Shown: positions 30,066 through 43,709, counted from the stretch's first letter. The stretch: 64,000 nt of DNA from an uncultured Thiomicrorhabdus sp. (GCA_965603495.1 CBFDDF010000008.1:33887-97886); one strand, 5' to 3'. Translations and numbers: made by a program. The notes: generated by a model not told the origin, from the letters alone.

Positions 30066-32177
30066 TTATCCTCTTCCCATAGTAGCTGAATCAGCATCTG
30101 GCGTGGCTTGTAATGATGGAGATCTTCTCACCAATCCATCCATTTGATAAGGTGACACGATCTGTACCTTAGAATCGTTATTCGCAGAAGGCATTTTGCA
30201 GGTGACGTTAGAGAAATCAACTTGATCAGCACGATTATCTAGAACTTCGCGCAGCACTTCATTGCTATGAACGTAATCAAAACCAGTAACATCAAACATG
30301 TTACCCAAAACACGCAATACCTTCCAAGCTGCTTTCGCATCACCTTTCGGCTCTACTGACATTTTGAATGACTGTTTTAAGCTATTTGCATTAACAAACG
30401 TTCCCGCAGTTTCAGCGAAGGTTGCAATCGGTAACATCACATCTGCATATTCACGCTGTTTTTCGCTATCAAATGCCGTTAGGCTAACGACAAAGTCAGC
30501 ATTAGACATTGCGACTACAGCGGCTTCTCCATCGGTAAAATCAACCTCCGGCTCGACATTCATATTAATGAATGCTTTCATACCCTGAGAAATCATCTCT
30601 GAACTGTTCTTACCTAATTTAGGTAAAAAGTTCACTAAATGTGCACCAACTTCATTCGCAGCCAAAGGCAGAATATTGAGAACAGTAGAACTGTGTTCAG
30701 CGATGATGCTTGCCAATTTCTGGATAACGGCATAATCAGCGTGCATTTGACTAATTTGACCCAGCATCATGCTGGATTTTTTAGCGTCCACAAGGTGTTG
30801 TGCAATAGCTTTATGCTCATCTGTCGGTTCAATTGAATCTAACCAGGCCTGGTCACTCTTAGCCGCGATGTCAATCACGGCTTTTGCGATGCCTGCAAGA
30901 TTAAAGACCATGCCCGCATCAACATCCGCTTGGGTAATTTTATAGTTAAAGTCGAACTTAATCGGATTAACAACAAAAACCTTAGCGTCGTCCAATACAG
31001 CTTTACGGACACGATGATTAAGAATTGGCAACTCTTTTCTTAAATAAGAACCTACAATCAATAGCGCATCTAATGTTTCGACGTCTGCGATATCATGCGC
31101 AAGAACGGGCATATTGAAACCAGTCTTATCAATTGAGAAATCAGCTTGGCGGTGGCGGTAGTCGATATTTTCCACTCCGATGCCACGTGCCATTTTTTGT
31201 AACAGGTGTAATTCTTCTAAAGTTGAATTCGCTGAAGCTAATACACCAATATCTTGACTGTTAACTAAGACTTTTTGTAAGCCTGCGACCGTAAACTCAA
31301 GTGCAGTTTCCCAGTCAACAACAGACCAAGTACCATTCTGTTTAATCACTGGCTGTGTCAAACGAGACTCAGAATTAATGCCTTCATAAGAGAAACGATC
31401 CCTATCTGACAACCAGACTTCATTGATTGATTCATTTTCACGGGGAACAACACGTTTCACTTCGTTGTTTTTTGAGTGAACAATGATATGAGAACCCATA
31501 CTGTCATGCGCAGCAATAGACTTATGTGATTTAAGCTCCCAAGCGCGAGCAGTATATCTGAACGGCTTAGAGGTTAAAGCGCCTACAGGACATAAATCAA
31601 TCATATTTCCTGACATTTCTGAGGTAATAGACTTCTCGATATAAGTACCGATTTCCATCCATTCACTACGACCTGTCGCACCTAACTCCATCATCCCAGC
31701 CACTTCTTGGCCGAAACGAACGCAACGAGTACAGTGAATGCAACGCGTCATATCAGTTTTAATCAAGGAGCCCGCATCGCGATCGCCTACGACACGCTTT
31801 GCTTCTGTATAACGGGAAACATCATCGCCATAATCCATAGCAACATCTTGTAGTTCGCACTCCCCACCTTGGTCACAAATAGGACAGTCAAGTGGGTGAT
31901 TAATCAACAAAAATTCCATTACAGACTTCTGTGCCGCAATGGCTTTCGCTGATTTTGTATGAACCTTCATACCATCGGTCACAGGTGTTGCGCAAGCAGG
32001 TAGTGCTTTCCAAGCACCTTCAACTTCAACAAGACACATGCGGCAGTTTGCTGCAATTGACAGTTTCTTGTGGTAACAAAAACGGGGGATTTGAATCTGA
32101 GCATCATCAGCAACATCAATTAGCATGTCGCCTTCTTGAGCTTCAACAACTTGTCCGTTTATCTCAATTTTTACCAT
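30066..32177 (-). CDS. nuoG: NADH-quinone oxidoreductase subunit G
   Basis: [36 protein letters not shown]. Confidence 0.97.
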   Translation of the reverse strand: MVKIEINGQVVEAQEGDMLIDVADDAQIQIPRFCYHKKLSIAANCRMCLVEVEGAWKALPACATPVTDGMKVHTKSAKAIAAQKSVMEFLLINHPLDCPICDQGGECELQDVAMDYGDDVSRYTEAKRVVGDRDAGSLIKTDMTRCIHCTRCVRFGQEVAGMMELGATGRSEWMEIGTYIEKSITSEMSGNMIDLCPVGALTSKPFRYTARAWELKSHKSIAAHDSMGSHIIVHSKNNEVKRVVPRENESINEVWLSDRDRFSYEGINSESRLTQPVIKQNGTWSVVDWETALEFTVAGLQKVLVNSQDIGVLASANSTLEELHLLQKMARGIGVENIDYRHRQADFSIDKTGFNMPVLAHDIADVETLDALLIVGSYLRKELPILNHRVRKAVLDDAKVFVVNPIKFDFNYKITQADVDAGMVFNLAGIAKAVIDIAAKSDQAWLDSIEPTDEHKAIAQHLVDAKKSSMMLGQISQMHADYAVIQKLASIIAEHSSTVLNILPLAANEVGAHLVNFLPKLGKNSSEMISQGMKAFINMNVEPEVDFTDGEAAVVAMSNADFVVSLTAFDSEKQREYADVMLPIATFAETAGTFVNANSLKQSFKMSVEPKGDAKAAWKVLRVLGNMFDVTGFDYVHSNEVLREVLDNRADQVDFSNVTCKMPSANNDSKVQIVSPYQMDGLVRRSPSLQATPDADSATMGRG
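30842..30853. repeat. ACCAGGCCTGGT palindrome inside nuoG (reads DQAW)
   Basis: Exact copy. Confidence 0.95.
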
Positions 32178-32246
32178 AATTCTTTAACCTAAGTTTTCTG
32201 ATGGAACCCAATAATCGTGACCTATCCAATACCTGGAAGGTGCCAC

Positions 32247-33530
32247 TTATGGGTTACGATCGTAAATACTGCATCCATGTTCAATGTAGTGAACAAATTC
32301 ATCTTCAAAGTGTTCAAGCGCGCTGGTCAAGCCAATCGTAGCCGCGTCCCCTAAACCACAGATAACATTACCCATGATTTTGCCGGAAACATCTTTTAGT
32401 GCCTGAATGTCTTCTGGTTTACCCTTACCTTCAACAATACGAGTTAGAACACGGTACAACCAACCTGTTCCTTCTCGACATGGAGTGCATTGGCCACAAG
32501 ACTCATCCCAATAAAAGTGACTCAAGTTCTGCATGACTTTTACGATGTCTGTTTGATCATCCATAATAATCACCGAACCCGCGCCTAGAAATGAACCCGC
32601 TTTCGCGATGGAATCATAATCCATGTTCATTTCAAGTGCCTTTGCAGCAGGTAAAATGGCAGTGGATGCACCGCCTGGAATGACCGCCTTGAGTTGACGT
32701 CCTTTCCAAATACCGCCAGAAAGTTCTAATAAATCTTTAAATGGGGTACCCATACGAACCTCAAAATTACCTGGGTTATTAACATGTCCAGATATTGAGT
32801 AACATTTGGTACCACCGGCGTTATGTACACCTAAATCATTAAACCAATCACCACCTTTCGCTAAAATCATAGGAATAGAGGCTAATGTTTCTGTGTTATT
32901 GATAGTGGTTGGCTTACCATATAAGCCGTAACTGGCTGGAAAAGGTGGCTTAAAACGCGGCTGACCTTTCTTACCTTCGATAGACTCGATTAATGCAGTC
33001 TCTTCACCACAAATATAAGCACCTGCACCCAGGTGTGTAAACAGGTCGAAATCAAATCCAGAGCCTAAAAGGTCTTTACCTAACAGGCCTGCCTCACGCG
33101 CTTGGTTGACGGCATTATTAAAACGCTGATATGGCTCCCAAAACTCGCCACGGATATAGTTATAACCAGCAGAAGCACCAATCACATAAGCTGCGATCGC
33201 CATACCTTCGACTAACGCATGCGGGTTATAACGCAGGATATCTCTATCCTTAAACGTTCCTGGCTCACCTTCATCAGAGTTACAGACAATGTATTTCTGA
33301 CCAGGGGCAAAACGGTTCATAAAGCTCCATTTCAAACCAGTCGGAAAACCGGCTCCACCACGTCCACGGATGTTTGAGGTTTTAACTTCTTCTATGATTT
33401 CAGAAGGCTCTAATTCGCCCGCCAATACTTTTTTCCAGACTTCATAACCACCATTAGCAACATAAGTCTCTATGTCCCACGGGTTCTCGAGATGGTTTAA
33501 GCGGAAGCAGTTTTCATTTTGTACAACCAT
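32247..33530 (-). CDS. nuoF: NADH-quinone oxidoreductase subunit F
   Basis: [39 protein letters not shown]. Confidence 0.98.
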   Translation of the reverse strand: MVVQNENCFRLNHLENPWDIETYVANGGYEVWKKVLAGELEPSEIIEEVKTSNIRGRGGAGFPTGLKWSFMNRFAPGQKYIVCNSDEGEPGTFKDRDILRYNPHALVEGMAIAAYVIGASAGYNYIRGEFWEPYQRFNNAVNQAREAGLLGKDLLGSGFDFDLFTHLGAGAYICGEETALIESIEGKKGQPRFKPPFPASYGLYGKPTTINNTETLASIPMILAKGGDWFNDLGVHNAGGTKCYSISGHVNNPGNFEVRMGTPFKDLLELSGGIWKGRQLKAVIPGGASTAILPAAKALEMNMDYDSIAKAGSFLGAGSVIIMDDQTDIVKVMQNLSHFYWDESCGQCTPCREGTGWLYRVLTRIVEGKGKPEDIQALKDVSGKIMGNVICGLGDAATIGLTSALEHFEDEFVHYIEHGCSIYDRNP

Positions 33531-34037
33531 TTATTTCTCCCACTCCGCTAGAAGTAAATCAATCGATTGATTGGTTAAATTCTCGTAGTAATCCTTACCA
33601 ACCTGCATCATCGGCGCACCACCACAAGCACCTAAACACTCAACTTTCTTGATTGTAAAACGGCCATCTTCTGTCGTTTCACCAGGTTTGATGCCTAGCT
33701 TTTGCTCTAGGTAATCGTAAATCTCTTGATTACCACGCAACATACAAGAAATACTGTTACAGATACAAAGCTTGATCTCACCTACCGGAGCATGCTCGTA
33801 ATTACCGTAGAAAGTAGCTACCTCGTAGACTTCCATCGGAGTGATTTCAAGGTAAACTGCAATTTGATCCATCAAGTCATTCGTCAAGTAGCCGTTATGG
33901 CATTCTTGAACAATTCTTAATGCAGGCATGACTGCAGATTTTTTTTGGTCTGCTGGATAATTGGCAATCCATTTATCAATACGTGTTTTAACATCGCCTT
34001 GGATGAAATTTGCTGGGCTAGTCGTTGTCGAACTCAT
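33531..34037 (-). CDS. nuoE: NADH-quinone oxidoreductase subunit E
   Basis: CNSISC...[10 protein letters not shown] 2Fe-2S motif. Confidence 0.97.
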   Translation of the reverse strand: MSSTTTSPANFIQGDVKTRIDKWIANYPADQKKSAVMPALRIVQECHNGYLTNDLMDQIAVYLEITPMEVYEVATFYGNYEHAPVGEIKLCICNSISCMLRGNQEIYDYLEQKLGIKPGETTEDGRFTIKKVECLGACGGAPMMQVGKDYYENLTNQSIDLLLAEWEK

Positions 34038-35287
34038 CGATCTACCTCTCCAAATACAATATCTTGTGTACCAATAATGGAAACTACATCGGCAATCATA
34101 TGACCCTTAACCATCTCATCAAGTGAGGCAAGGTGAGCGAAACCTGGCGCTCTGACTTTCATTCGATAAGGCTTATTTGCCCCATCAGAAACCATATAAA
34201 TACCAAATTCACCTTTTGGATGCTCTACCGCAGCATAGACTTCACTTTCAGGTACGGTATAACCTTCTGTATAAAGCTTAAAGTGGTGAATCAATGCTTC
34301 CATATTAGATTTAGCATCTTCACGTGAAGGCGGTGCAACTTTGTGGTCATCCGTCATCACGGCACCAGGATTCGCTTTTAGCCAATCCACACATTGCTTA
34401 ATGATTTTATTAGACTCACGCATTTCGGCCACACGCACTAAATAACGATCGTAACAATCCCCTGTAACACCTACTGGGATATCGAACTTTAGTTTATCGT
34501 AAACTTCATACGGTTGTTTCTTACGTAAATCCCACTCAACCCCTGAACCACGTAACATCGGACCAGTAAAACCAAGTTGTAATGCACGTTCTGGTGAAAC
34601 AATACCGATATCAACAGTACGCTGCTTCCAGATACGGTTATCTGTTAATAATGTTTCGTACTCATCAATGTAACCTGGAAAACGATCCGTAAAGGCCTCG
34701 ATGAAATCAAGCAACGAACCTTCACGAGTTGCATTCAATTCATCTAGCTTCTTGCCAGAGTTCCATTTTGACTTTTCATATTTAGCCATCGTATCAGGCA
34801 GGTCACGATAGACACCGCCTGGACGGTAATAGGTCGCATGCATACGCGCCCCTGAAACCGCTTCATAACAATCCATTAAGTCTTCACGCTCACGGAAGGC
34901 ATATAAAAACACCGTCATTGCACCGATATCAAGTGCATGCGCACCCAACCACATTAAGTGATTGAGGACACGGGTGATTTCATCAAACATCACACGGATA
35001 TACTGGGCACGCTCAGGCACTTCTAGCGCAAGCATCTTTTCAATGGCCATGACATAAGCATGTTCGTTAGACATCATAGAGACATAATCTAAACGATCCA
35101 TATACCCAATAGATTGGTTATATGGTTTATATTCCACTAGCTTTTCTGTTCCGCGGTGTAATAAACCGATATGCGGATCAGAACGTACAATGGTTTCACC
35201 ATCCAACTCTAGTACTAAACGAAGTACACCGTGAGCGGAGGGATGTTGGGGACCAAAGTTAAGGGTATAGTTACGAATTTCAGGCAT
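34034..35287 (-). CDS. nuoD: NADH-quinone oxidoreductase subunit D
   Basis: [20 protein letters not shown]-terminal GEVDR. Confidence 0.98.
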   Translation of the reverse strand: MPEIRNYTLNFGPQHPSAHGVLRLVLELDGETIVRSDPHIGLLHRGTEKLVEYKPYNQSIGYMDRLDYVSMMSNEHAYVMAIEKMLALEVPERAQYIRVMFDEITRVLNHLMWLGAHALDIGAMTVFLYAFREREDLMDCYEAVSGARMHATYYRPGGVYRDLPDTMAKYEKSKWNSGKKLDELNATREGSLLDFIEAFTDRFPGYIDEYETLLTDNRIWKQRTVDIGIVSPERALQLGFTGPMLRGSGVEWDLRKKQPYEVYDKLKFDIPVGVTGDCYDRYLVRVAEMRESNKIIKQCVDWLKANPGAVMTDDHKVAPPSREDAKSNMEALIHHFKLYTEGYTVPESEVYAAVEHPKGEFGIYMVSDGANKPYRMKVRAPGFAHLASLDEMVKGHMIADVVSIIGTQDIVFGEVDR

Positions 35288-35300
35288 TTATTAGTCCTAA

Positions 35301-35972
35301 TTACACGTTTTGAGGTGATTTCTTACGAATCACTCTTGGAACATTGACTCTGTTTTCAATCGTGACTGGCTCATAAATAACACGCTTTTTCTCGGCGTCA
35401 TAACGAACTTCAACATGCCCAGTCAACGGGAAATCTTTTCTTAATGGATGACCGATAAAACCGTAATCAGTTAACAAACGACGTAAATCAGGATGACCAT
35501 TAAAGAGAATGCCGAACAAATCAAAAGCTTCACGCTCAAACCAGTTGGCGCAATTCCAAACATCAATAACACTATCGACAATCGGCATCTGCGTTGCTTC
35601 AGGAAAGACTTTGACTCGGATTCTTAAGTTATGCTGTATTGACAACAAATGGTAGACAACTGCAAAACGTCGATCCATCTCTAACGTTTCGTCCTCATTG
35701 TCCTCGGCAAAATCAAAGACACCACGACTGAAACCACTATTCACGGCCGTCATGGTTTCCCAATTGGCTTGACCATAATCAAGGTAATCAACGCCACAAA
35801 GATCCATTAACTGGTCAAAACCAAGCTGCTCTTTTAAAGCCTTGAATGCATCCAACGATTTCGTTGGAGACAACTCAATGGTAAGTTCATCTAAGGCGAT
35901 AGTGGATGAAACGACATCATCACCGAGGACCTGATTAACTCTTTTTTGTAAATCTAATACTGACTGTTTCAT
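35301..35972 (-). CDS. nuoC: NADH-quinone oxidoreductase subunit C
   Basis: [14 protein letters not shown]...[11 protein letters not shown]...GHPLRKDFP. Confidence 0.97.
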   Translation of the reverse strand: MKQSVLDLQKRVNQVLGDDVVSSTIALDELTIELSPTKSLDAFKALKEQLGFDQLMDLCGVDYLDYGQANWETMTAVNSGFSRGVFDFAEDNEDETLEMDRRFAVVYHLLSIQHNLRIRVKVFPEATQMPIVDSVIDVWNCANWFEREAFDLFGILFNGHPDLRRLLTDYGFIGHPLRKDFPLTGHVEVRYDAEKKRVIYEPVTIENRVNVPRVIRKKSPQNV

Positions 35973-36018
35973 AGTAAAACTACCTTACCGCCTATTTCGC
36001 CGATGAATAACCAAGGAT

Positions 36019-36495
36019 TTATCTTGCAATGGTATTGGTGCGTTTAATTTTATTCTGTAACTGAATAATGCCGTATAACAGAGCCTCAGCGGTTGGAGGG
36101 CAACCCGGAACATAAACATCAACAGGAACAATGCGATCACAACCACGGACAACGGAATAGGAATAATGGTAATAACCCCCGCCATTAGCACAAGAACCCA
36201 TTGAAATAACCCAACGAGGCTCAGCCATCTGATCGTAGACTTTACGTAATGCAGGTGCCATCTTATTCACTAGAGTACCAGCAACAACCATAACATCAGA
36301 CTGACGAGGGCTTGGACGGAAGATAATACCGAATCTATCCAAATCATATCGAGAAGCACCAGCATGCATCATCTCAACCGCGCAACAAGCCAAACCAAAC
36401 GTCATAGGCCACAAAGAACCTGTCCTTGCCCAGTTAATCAACTTGTCGGCAGAAGTCGTGACAATCCCTTCTTTTAAAACGCCTTCTACTCCCAT
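36019..36495 (-). CDS. nuoB: NADH-quinone oxidoreductase subunit B
   Basis: [24 protein letters not shown]. Confidence 0.98.
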   Translation of the reverse strand: MGVEGVLKEGIVTTSADKLINWARTGSLWPMTFGLACCAVEMMHAGASRYDLDRFGIIFRPSPRQSDVMVVAGTLVNKMAPALRKVYDQMAEPRWVISMGSCANGGGYYHYSYSVVRGCDRIVPVDVYVPGCPPTAEALLYGIIQLQNKIKRTNTIAR

Positions 36496-36842
36496 TCAAG
36501 CGCTCCCTTTCTCCACTCGTAAATAAAACCAACCACCAATAGAGACAGAAAAACCCCCATTGCCAGCAAGCCAAAGGTTCCTACTTCCTCAAGCGCAAGC
36601 GCCCAAGGAAACAGGAATGCAATCTCTAAATCAAAAATAATGAATAGAATAGCGACAAGATAAAAACGCACGTCAAACTTCATGCGTGAATCTTCAAAGG
36701 CTTCAAATCCGCACTCATATGGAGAGTTTTTCTCTGAATCTGGCTTTTGTGGACCGAGCAAATACCCAATCAAGATCGGCCCTACACCAAACATAGCCCC
36801 TAGTACGATAAAAACTAGGACTGGAAGATAGTTTTCTAGCAT
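36486..36842 (-). CDS. nuoA: NADH-quinone oxidoreductase subunit A
   Basis: [23 protein letters not shown]. Confidence 0.98.
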   Translation of the reverse strand: MLENYLPVLVFIVLGAMFGVGPILIGYLLGPQKPDSEKNSPYECGFEAFEDSRMKFDVRFYLVAILFIIFDLEIAFLFPWALALEEVGTFGLLAMGVFLSLLVVGFIYEWRKGALEWE

Positions 36843-36870
36843 TGCTACACACCTCGTCTAGCTTTAAATT

Positions 36871-36921
36871 AACTACTGCAGCTTTGCAATAGACATTGAA
36901 CTACTGCAGCTTTGCAATAGA
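36871..36921. repeat. Tandem direct repeat AACTACTGCAGCTTTGCAATAGA x2 (36871-36893, 36899-36921)
   Basis: 23-bp exact duplication with 28-bp period between tRNA-Leu and nuoA. Confidence 0.95.
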
Positions 36922-36929
36922 TCTAAATA

Positions 36930-37014
36930 TGGTGCCGATGGCCGGACTCGAACCGGCACAGCTTGCGCCACTACCCCCTCAAGGTAGCGTGTCTACCAAT
37001 TTCACCACATCGGC
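36930..37014 (-). tRNA. tRNA-Leu (GAG)
   Basis: GCCGATGTGGTGAAATTGGTAGACACGCTACCTTGAGGGGGTAG...GGTTCGAGTCCGGCCATCGGCACCA, 85 nt with long variable arm; downstream of secG as for E. coli leuU. Confidence 0.96.
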
Positions 37015-37067
37015 ATATAGATTGAATCCAATTTTAAAAAACTGGATTCGAATATTAGTTTGTTACT

Positions 37068-37385
37068 TTAGTTTGGAATAACAGGCGCGTCAGTAGGTTC
37101 AACGACCGTTGCTGACGCTGCTTCTTTAGCAACACTTTGATAACCTTTCGCTTTCTGACTACCGATATAAGCCAAAGCTAAACTTGTCACGAAGAAAACG
37201 GCTGCGATAATCGCTGTCATTCTTGATAAAAAGGTTCCTGAACCTCCACTACCGAATACTGACTGCGAAGAACCACCGCCACCAAAGTTGGCGCCTGCAT
37301 CCGCACCCTTACCGTGCTGAATAAGCACAAACACGATAAGAAGGAAAGCTACAATTAAATGAATCGTTAGAACTATTTCAAACAT
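37068..37385 (-). CDS. secG: Preprotein translocase subunit SecG
   Basis: [17 protein letters not shown]...FLSRMT. Confidence 0.95.
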   Translation of the reverse strand: MFEIVLTIHLIVAFLLIVFVLIQHGKGADAGANFGGGGSSQSVFGSGGSGTFLSRMTAIIAAVFFVTSLALAYIGSQKAKGYQSVAKEAASATVVEPTDAPVIPN

Positions 37386-38143
37386 TACACACCTGCCGCT
37401 TTACAAATTGCCATAAAATCATTTGCATCCAAAGATGCTCCACCAATCAAGCCACCATCAATATCTGGCTGACCAAAAAGTTCTTCTGCATTATTAGGCT
37501 TAACACTGCCACCGTATTGAATAATGACCTTCTCAGCAACCGAAGAATCTAACACTGCCAATTCAGAACGGATAAAAGCGTGAACTTCTTGCGCCTGCTC
37601 GGGAGAAGCCGTAACACCCGTACCAATCGCCCAAATAGGCTCATAAGCAATAACAACACTTTCAAACGCTGTGATACCAATAACATCCAGCACAGCCTTA
37701 AGCTGTGTTGAGATTACAGATTCCATTACACCTGACTGGCGCTCCTCAAGCGTTTCTCCCACGCACAAAATAGGTGTAACACCTGCCTTCATGGCAACTT
37801 TAACTTTTGCAGCAACCTGGGCATTGGTTTCGCCATAAATCGTACGACGCTCAGAATGACCTAAAATCACATACTGACATCCTAAATCTTTAAGCATTTC
37901 TACCGAAGTCTCACCTGTAAAAGCACCCTGACACGGTTCTTCAGCGATATTCTGCCCACCGACAGATATATTGCCCGCTGTTAAACAGCGATTTGTATAG
38001 TCTACATAAAGCGCTGGCGGGCAAATTGCAATATCAACACCACTAACTTCACCTGATTTCGCGTTCAGCCCAGTGACTAAACTCAAAATAGATGCCTTTG
38101 AACCGTGCATTTTCCAGTTCCCTGCTACAAATGGTTTTCTCAC
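37385..38143 (-). CDS. tpiA: Triosephosphate isomerase
   Basis: [33 protein letters not shown]; GTG start. Confidence 0.98.
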   Translation of the reverse strand: MRKPFVAGNWKMHGSKASILSLVTGLNAKSGEVSGVDIAICPPALYVDYTNRCLTAGNISVGGQNIAEEPCQGAFTGETSVEMLKDLGCQYVILGHSERRTIYGETNAQVAAKVKVAMKAGVTPILCVGETLEERQSGVMESVISTQLKAVLDVIGITAFESVVIAYEPIWAIGTGVTASPEQAQEVHAFIRSELAVLDSSVAEKVIIQYGGSVKPNNAEELFGQPDIDGGLIGGASLDANDFMAICKAAGV

Positions 38144-38211
38144 CTAATATTCTCCGACACAAAAGTTTCACAATATTAGCGTTTTCTTTAATTAAAAACA
38201 ATATTGAAATT

Positions 38212-39546
38212 TTACGAAAATTCTGATTTAACCAAATTAGCCAATAGTTCAGCTACTGTTTCCACCAAATCAGCCTCTTTACCCTCAACCATCACTCGAA
38301 TCAAAGGTTCAGTACCTGATGCACGAATCAAAATTCGGCCTTCACTTCCCATCAAATCTTCGAATTCTTTAACCTTTTCTCTAAGCGGTACATTCTCACT
38401 CAATCCAAATGCACTCTCTACTCTAATATTTTTTAACACTTGCGGATACATCTCAACCACAGACGACAATTCCAATAAACTTTGGCCCGTCTGAACCATG
38501 GCTGTCAACACCTGCAAGGCTGCGACAATACCATCACCGGTAGTGGTTTTATCCAAACACAAAACATGTCCTGAAGGTTCCGCACCATACAACCAAGAAT
38601 TTTCTACCAAACGCTCCATGACATAGCGATCACCAACGTTAGTACGATGCAAATCAATACCAACAGCTCTAAGGGCATTCTCTACCCCTAGATTGCTCAT
38701 CACGGTACCGACCACACCAACAACGTTCTGTTGAAGCACTGTCGCTAAGATATAGAGAATGATATCGCCATCAACGATACCGCCCTGCTCATCGACCATC
38801 ATGACTCGGTCGCCATCGCCGTCAAATGCAATACCAAAATCTGCTCCTTCAGCAACAACCGTCTTTTGTAGCAGATCTAAATGCGTCGCGCCACAATCTT
38901 GGTTAATATTGACACCATTTGGTTCAGCACCAATAGTAACCACTTCTGCACCTAACTCTGCGAAAACATGCGGACCAATATGATAAGTTGCCCCATGTGA
39001 ACAATCCACCACAATCTTATACTCGTCAAGCTTATGCTTACCAGTAAACGTGCTTTTACAAAATTCTATATAACGACCGGCAGCATCATCAACTCGACGC
39101 GCTTTACCCAATTCTTCAGAAGGAACAACCTCCATTTCCAGCTCAAATGCCGCTTCAATAGCGAGCTCGATCTCATCGCTAATTTTCTTTCCGGCTGATG
39201 AGAAAAACTTAATGCCATTATCATGGTGAGGATTATGGGATGCACTAATGACTATCCCAGCATCTGCACGGAAGGTTTGTGTAAGATAGGCGACTGCAGG
39301 TGTTGGCATAGGACCTAGCAACAACACATCTATACCGGCAGCAATGAATCCAGCTTCTAGGGCTGATTCAAACATATAACCAGATATGCGTGTATCCTTA
39401 CCAATCATGACCGTTTTTTCACCACGGGCCTTCATAACTTTCCCGGTTGCCCAGCCAAGCTTCAACACTTGATCTGGACGAATCATCCCTTGACCGACAC
39501 GATTACGAATCCCGTCTGTACCAAAGTATTTCTTTTTACTTCGCAT
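38212..39546 (-). CDS. glmM: Phosphoglucosamine mutase
   Basis: FGTDGIR, ISASHNP, FDGDGDR, RASGTEP. Confidence 0.97.
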   Translation of the reverse strand: MRSKKKYFGTDGIRNRVGQGMIRPDQVLKLGWATGKVMKARGEKTVMIGKDTRISGYMFESALEAGFIAAGIDVLLLGPMPTPAVAYLTQTFRADAGIVISASHNPHHDNGIKFFSSAGKKISDEIELAIEAAFELEMEVVPSEELGKARRVDDAAGRYIEFCKSTFTGKHKLDEYKIVVDCSHGATYHIGPHVFAELGAEVVTIGAEPNGVNINQDCGATHLDLLQKTVVAEGADFGIAFDGDGDRVMMVDEQGGIVDGDIILYILATVLQQNVVGVVGTVMSNLGVENALRAVGIDLHRTNVGDRYVMERLVENSWLYGAEPSGHVLCLDKTTTGDGIVAALQVLTAMVQTGQSLLELSSVVEMYPQVLKNIRVESAFGLSENVPLREKVKEFEDLMGSEGRILIRASGTEPLIRVMVEGKEADLVETVAELLANLVKSEFS

Positions 39547-39581
39547 TAATTTCTAAACTCTTTTTATCGCATACTGTGAAA

Positions 39582-40418
39582 CTACATTAAATGCATCGTT
39601 ACCCGCAAGGCATCCACCGTCGCTTTAACATCATGAACCCGTACAATACTAGCGCCCTTAATAGACGCCAAAACAGCCGCAGCGACACTCCCGAACAACC
39701 TATCTTCAACAGCTGCACCGTTTAAAATATCACCAATCATACGCTTTCTGGAAACCCCCACTAGGAGCGGATACCCTAAATTGGTAAATTGGTCTAAATT
39801 TTCGAATAGCTGGCTATTATGCGCTAAATTCTTACCAAACCCAAACCCTGGGTCCAAGATAATTTGGCTACTGGCCATTCCGGCCTGTCGACAAAGGCTA
39901 ACTCTCGTTAACAAGAAATCACTGACCTCCGTCACTACATCATGATATTGAGGGGCATCCTGCATAGTTGAGAATTCACCCAACTTATGCATCAGACAAA
40001 CAGTAGCACCGGAATTTACAACACATTCAACTGCACCTTCTGCCTGCAATGCATTGACATCATTAATCAACCTTACCCCCATACTAACGGCTTCTGACAT
40101 CACTTCTGTCTTATAGGTATCAATAGAGATAGGCGTATCGTAACGTGCAGCAATCCATTCAATCACAGGCAATACTCGATCCAACTCTTGCTGTAAACCT
40201 ACCTGAACTGCACCAGGCCTGGTTGACTCACCACCGACGTCAATAATATCAACTCCTGACTGAACCATCGTTTCTACCCGCTGAGCAATCTGCTCTTCAG
40301 AAGTAAAGGCCCCGCCATCCGAAAAAGAGTCAGGTGTGATATTCAAAACCCCCATCACTAAAGGCATGTTGTTCTGAGTTGATGATTTCTGGGCTATCAG
40401 TGCATTAATGTCTAACAT
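39582..40418 (-). CDS. folP: Dihydropteroate synthase
   Basis: MGVLNITPDSFSDGG, GGESTRPG, DPGFGF, GVSRK, IVRVHDV. Confidence 0.97.
   Translation of the reverse strand: MLDINALIAQKSSTQNNMPLVMGVLNITPDSFSDGGAFTSEEQIAQRVETMVQSGVDIIDVGGESTRPGAVQVGLQQELDRVLPVIEWIAARYDTPISIDTYKTEVMSEAVSMGVRLINDVNALQAEGAVECVVNSGATVCLMHKLGEFSTMQDAPQYHDVVTEVSDFLLTRVSLCRQAGMASSQIILDPGFGFGKNLAHNSQLFENLDQFTNLGYPLLVGVSRKRMIGDILNGAAVEDRLFGSVAAAVLASIKGASIVRVHDVKATVDALRVTMHLM
40212..40223. repeat. ACCAGGCCTGGT palindrome inside folP (reads TRPG)
   Basis: Exact copy. Confidence 0.95.
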
Positions 40419-40432
40419 GATTTTTCCTATTC

Positions 40433-40463
40433 AAAAAAAAACCCCGATACAACGGGGTTTTAT
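40433..40463 (-). terminator. Intrinsic terminator after ftsH
   Basis: Minus strand AAAACCCCG-TTGTAT-CGGGGTTTTTTTTT. Confidence 0.85.
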
Positions 40464-40480
40464 TCGGCCATCAAGAGACC

Positions 40481-42454
40481 TTAGTGTACTTTAGGTTCAC
40501 CATCATCAACAGAAGGGGCATCGCCACTTAAATCATCAGAAACACTGTCTTTACTTGGTTTTTCTGCGACTTCATCTTCAGAGACAGCTTCACCAGGCGT
40601 TGCAGAAGTTTCATCATCATTAGAGTCAGTCCAATCCTTAGGCTCTCCTGCAGGACGACCTTCCATAATATTTTTAATCTGGTCTGCATCAATCGTTTCA
40701 TAAGTCATCAATGCTTCGGTCATTAGCTCAAGCTCATTTGCACGTTCCAGAAGAATCTTCTGGGCACGCTTATAGTTACGATCAATTAGATTACGGATTT
40801 CAACATCTATTTGCTTAGAAACCTCACCCGAAACATTTGCATTACGAGAAGTCCCCATAAAACTGCCATTATCTTCCTCTTCGTATAACAAAGGCCCTAG
40901 ATTGTCAGATAAACCCCATTTAGTAACCATATTACGCGCAATAGCCGTTGCACGTTCGATATCATTACTAGCACCCGTTGTTACCATATCAGGTCCAAAA
41001 ATCTGCTCTTCTGCGATACGTCCACCATACAAGCTCGATAACTGACTTTCTAGCTTTTGCTTACTGTAGCTATAAGAATCCTCTTCAGGCAAATACATAG
41101 TCACACCCAATGCACGACCACGCGGCATAATACTGACTTTATAAACAGGATCATGATCAGGCACCAACCAGCCGACAATCGCATGCCCTGCTTCATGATA
41201 GGCGGTCATCTTGCGTTCTTTCTCATTCATGACCATGCTTTTACGTTCTACGCCCATCAGAATCTTATCTTTGGCTTTTTCAAAGTGCTTCTGAGTAACT
41301 AACTTTTCGTTAAGTCTTGCTGCAAACAATGCCGCTTCATTGACTAAATTGGCTAAATCTGCACCTGAAAATCCAGGCGTACCGCGCGCAATATAAGAAG
41401 GGTTAACATCATCCGCTAAAGGAACCTTACGCATATGGACTTTCAATATTTGCTCACGACCACGAATATCCGGCAAACCAACGGTCACCTGACGATCAAA
41501 ACGACCAGGACGAAGTAAAGCATTATCCAAAACATCAGCACGGTTGGTTGCTGCAATAACAATCACACCTTCATTACCTTCAAAACCATCCATTTCAACC
41601 AATAGCTGATTCAAGGTTTGCTCACGCTCGTCATTACCACCGCCCATTCCCGAGCCACGCTTACGACCAACCGCATCAATCTCATCGATAAAGATAATAC
41701 AAGGTGCATGCGCTTTAGCTTGCTCAAACATATCACGAACACGCGAAGCACCCACCCCGACAAACATCTCAACAAAATCAGAACCAGAAATCGTAAAGAA
41801 TGGCACTTGCGCTTCACCCGCAATAGCCTTAGCCAACAATGTTTTACCCGTACCCGGAGGTCCGGTCATTAAAACACCACGAGGAATACTTCCCCCTAGG
41901 TTTTGGTACTTGGCAGGATCTCTTAAGAAATCAACAATCTCACCAACTTCTTGCTTGGCTTCATCCGCTCCAGCAACATCATCCAATGTAACCTTGATCT
42001 GTTCATCCGTCAGCATTTTGGCCTTACTCTTACCGAATGACATGGGACCACCTTTACCGCCCATACCACCACCGACAGATTTCATAAAGAAAATCCACAC
42101 ACCGATCAATAACAACATAGGGAACCATGAAATAAAGATCTGCATCAACACACCTTGTTGCTCTGGTGGTTGTGCAGTAATCTTAACGCGGTTATCCAAC
42201 AAGTCACCCATCAGGCCGGCATCACCTGGGTTATAAGTCGTAAATGAATCGCCACTGACATAAACGCCACGAATCGTCGGACCTTCAATATTGACCTTAC
42301 TGACCTGACCTTGATGTACCTGATCAATAAAATCAGAATAATCTAGACGAGTAGAGGAACCCTGTCCTTGCGAGCTAAAATGATTGAAGACAGACATCAA
42401 TATCATTGCTGCAATCGCCCAAACCAATACATTTTTTAACATATCATTCTTCAT
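40481..42454 (-). CDS. ftsH: ATP-dependent zinc metalloprotease FtsH
   Basis: Two TM segments, [27 protein letters not shown]. Confidence 0.98.
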   Translation of the reverse strand: MKNDMLKNVLVWAIAAMILMSVFNHFSSQGQGSSTRLDYSDFIDQVHQGQVSKVNIEGPTIRGVYVSGDSFTTYNPGDAGLMGDLLDNRVKITAQPPEQQGVLMQIFISWFPMLLLIGVWIFFMKSVGGGMGGKGGPMSFGKSKAKMLTDEQIKVTLDDVAGADEAKQEVGEIVDFLRDPAKYQNLGGSIPRGVLMTGPPGTGKTLLAKAIAGEAQVPFFTISGSDFVEMFVGVGASRVRDMFEQAKAHAPCIIFIDEIDAVGRKRGSGMGGGNDEREQTLNQLLVEMDGFEGNEGVIVIAATNRADVLDNALLRPGRFDRQVTVGLPDIRGREQILKVHMRKVPLADDVNPSYIARGTPGFSGADLANLVNEAALFAARLNEKLVTQKHFEKAKDKILMGVERKSMVMNEKERKMTAYHEAGHAIVGWLVPDHDPVYKVSIMPRGRALGVTMYLPEEDSYSYSKQKLESQLSSLYGGRIAEEQIFGPDMVTTGASNDIERATAIARNMVTKWGLSDNLGPLLYEEEDNGSFMGTSRNANVSGEVSKQIDVEIRNLIDRNYKRAQKILLERANELELMTEALMTYETIDADQIKNIMEGRPAGEPKDWTDSNDDETSATPGEAVSEDEVAEKPSKDSVSDDLSGDAPSVDDGEPKVH

Positions 42455-42608
42455 TGACTACCTTTTCACCACTTTACAAGACATTTTTTAGTAGAGCATC
42501 CGCTCTGCAAAATGTCGTTTAAATTTTTATATTTATCCAAGTACTTTACCATAATTTTCATAAATAAAACTTATGGTGCACTTAAAAGACTCGTTCCAAT
42601 AAGCTTTA

Positions 42609-43229
42609 CTAAGCTTTTTTGCCTCGCGCCAACAAATAGATTTCTTTGCTTCTTGCACGAGAAGAATCAGGCTTTCTAGTGATAACCTTTTGATACTTTG
42701 ACCTCAAAGTAATCAACAATTGATCATAACCCTCACCCTGAAAGACTTTCATTAATAAGTCACCATTGGGTTTTAAAACTTGACCTGCTAATTCAACACA
42801 TAAATCGACTAAATACATTGCTCGGGGAATATCAACCCCTTTATTACCACTCATATTCGGTGCCATATCTGACATAACCACGTCAACATCTCGACCCGCT
42901 AAAGCCGACAACAAACCGTCATAAACCTCATCCTCTCTAAAGTCTCCCTGAATAAAGGTAACCCCAGCAAAGGGCTCAACAGGCAAAATATCTAAGGCAA
43001 AGACCTCACCCTTACTGCCAACTTTGTGTGTCGTCCACTGTGACCAGCCGCCAGGAGCCGCACCTAAATCAACAACACACATGCCCGGCTTGAACAAACC
43101 ATCCTTGTCATCAATTTCTTGTAGCTTATAAACTGCACGCGAACGCCAGCCTTCTTGCTTTGCCTTTTGGACATATGGATCGTTAAAATGTTCTTTTAAC
43201 CAAACGTCACTCGATTTACTTCTCGCCAT
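42609..43229 (-). CDS. rlmE: 23S rRNA Um2552 methyltransferase
   Basis: RSRAVYKL, DLGAAPGGWSQ, SDMAPN, KVFQG, SRARSKE. Confidence 0.97.
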   Translation of the reverse strand: MARSKSSDVWLKEHFNDPYVQKAKQEGWRSRAVYKLQEIDDKDGLFKPGMCVVDLGAAPGGWSQWTTHKVGSKGEVFALDILPVEPFAGVTFIQGDFREDEVYDGLLSALAGRDVDVVMSDMAPNMSGNKGVDIPRAMYLVDLCVELAGQVLKPNGDLLMKVFQGEGYDQLLITLRSKYQKVITRKPDSSRARSKEIYLLARGKKA

Positions 43230-43293
43230 AATGCGTTTTCAACTACAATATACAAATACTATTAATTAATAATGACCATGATTGGAATATTCA

Positions 43294-43602
43294 ATGAGCC
43301 AGCCAGAAAAACTTACCAATAATCAAAAAAAATACCTACGTGGCATTGCCCACGGATTAAACCCGATGATCATGATTGGTGCTAACGGTGTGACAGAAAG
43401 CCTAATGGCTGAACTGGAAAGCACTCTAGCCCATCATGAAATTCTTAAAATCAAAATCGCCAGTGCTGATCGAGATGAACGTAAAGAAATCATTCAGCAT
43501 CTTGTGAAAGAAAGCGGTGCGCTTCTTGTTCAAACAATCGGTAAAATCTGTGTCATCTATCGCCAGAATGATGAAACTGAACTACCACTTCCTAGAAACT
43601 AG
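43294..43602 (+). CDS. yhbY: CRM-domain ribosome assembly RNA-binding protein YhbY
   Basis: QKKYLRGIAHGLNP, IGANG, HEILKIK, QTIGK; divergent from rlmE. The track starts at TTG 43282. Confidence 0.93.
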   Translation: MSQPEKLTNNQKKYLRGIAHGLNPMIMIGANGVTESLMAELESTLAHHEILKIKIASADRDERKEIIQHLVKESGALLVQTIGKICVIYRQNDETELPLPRN

Positions 43603-43709
43603 TTCAGCAGTCAATCGCACAGTCTAAGCGGAGTGGAATCAGAGGTACGATTACCATTCAGCCCGCTAAGTAGCCAAATTTTACTTAGCGGACCTTCTTC
43701 ACTAATCCG

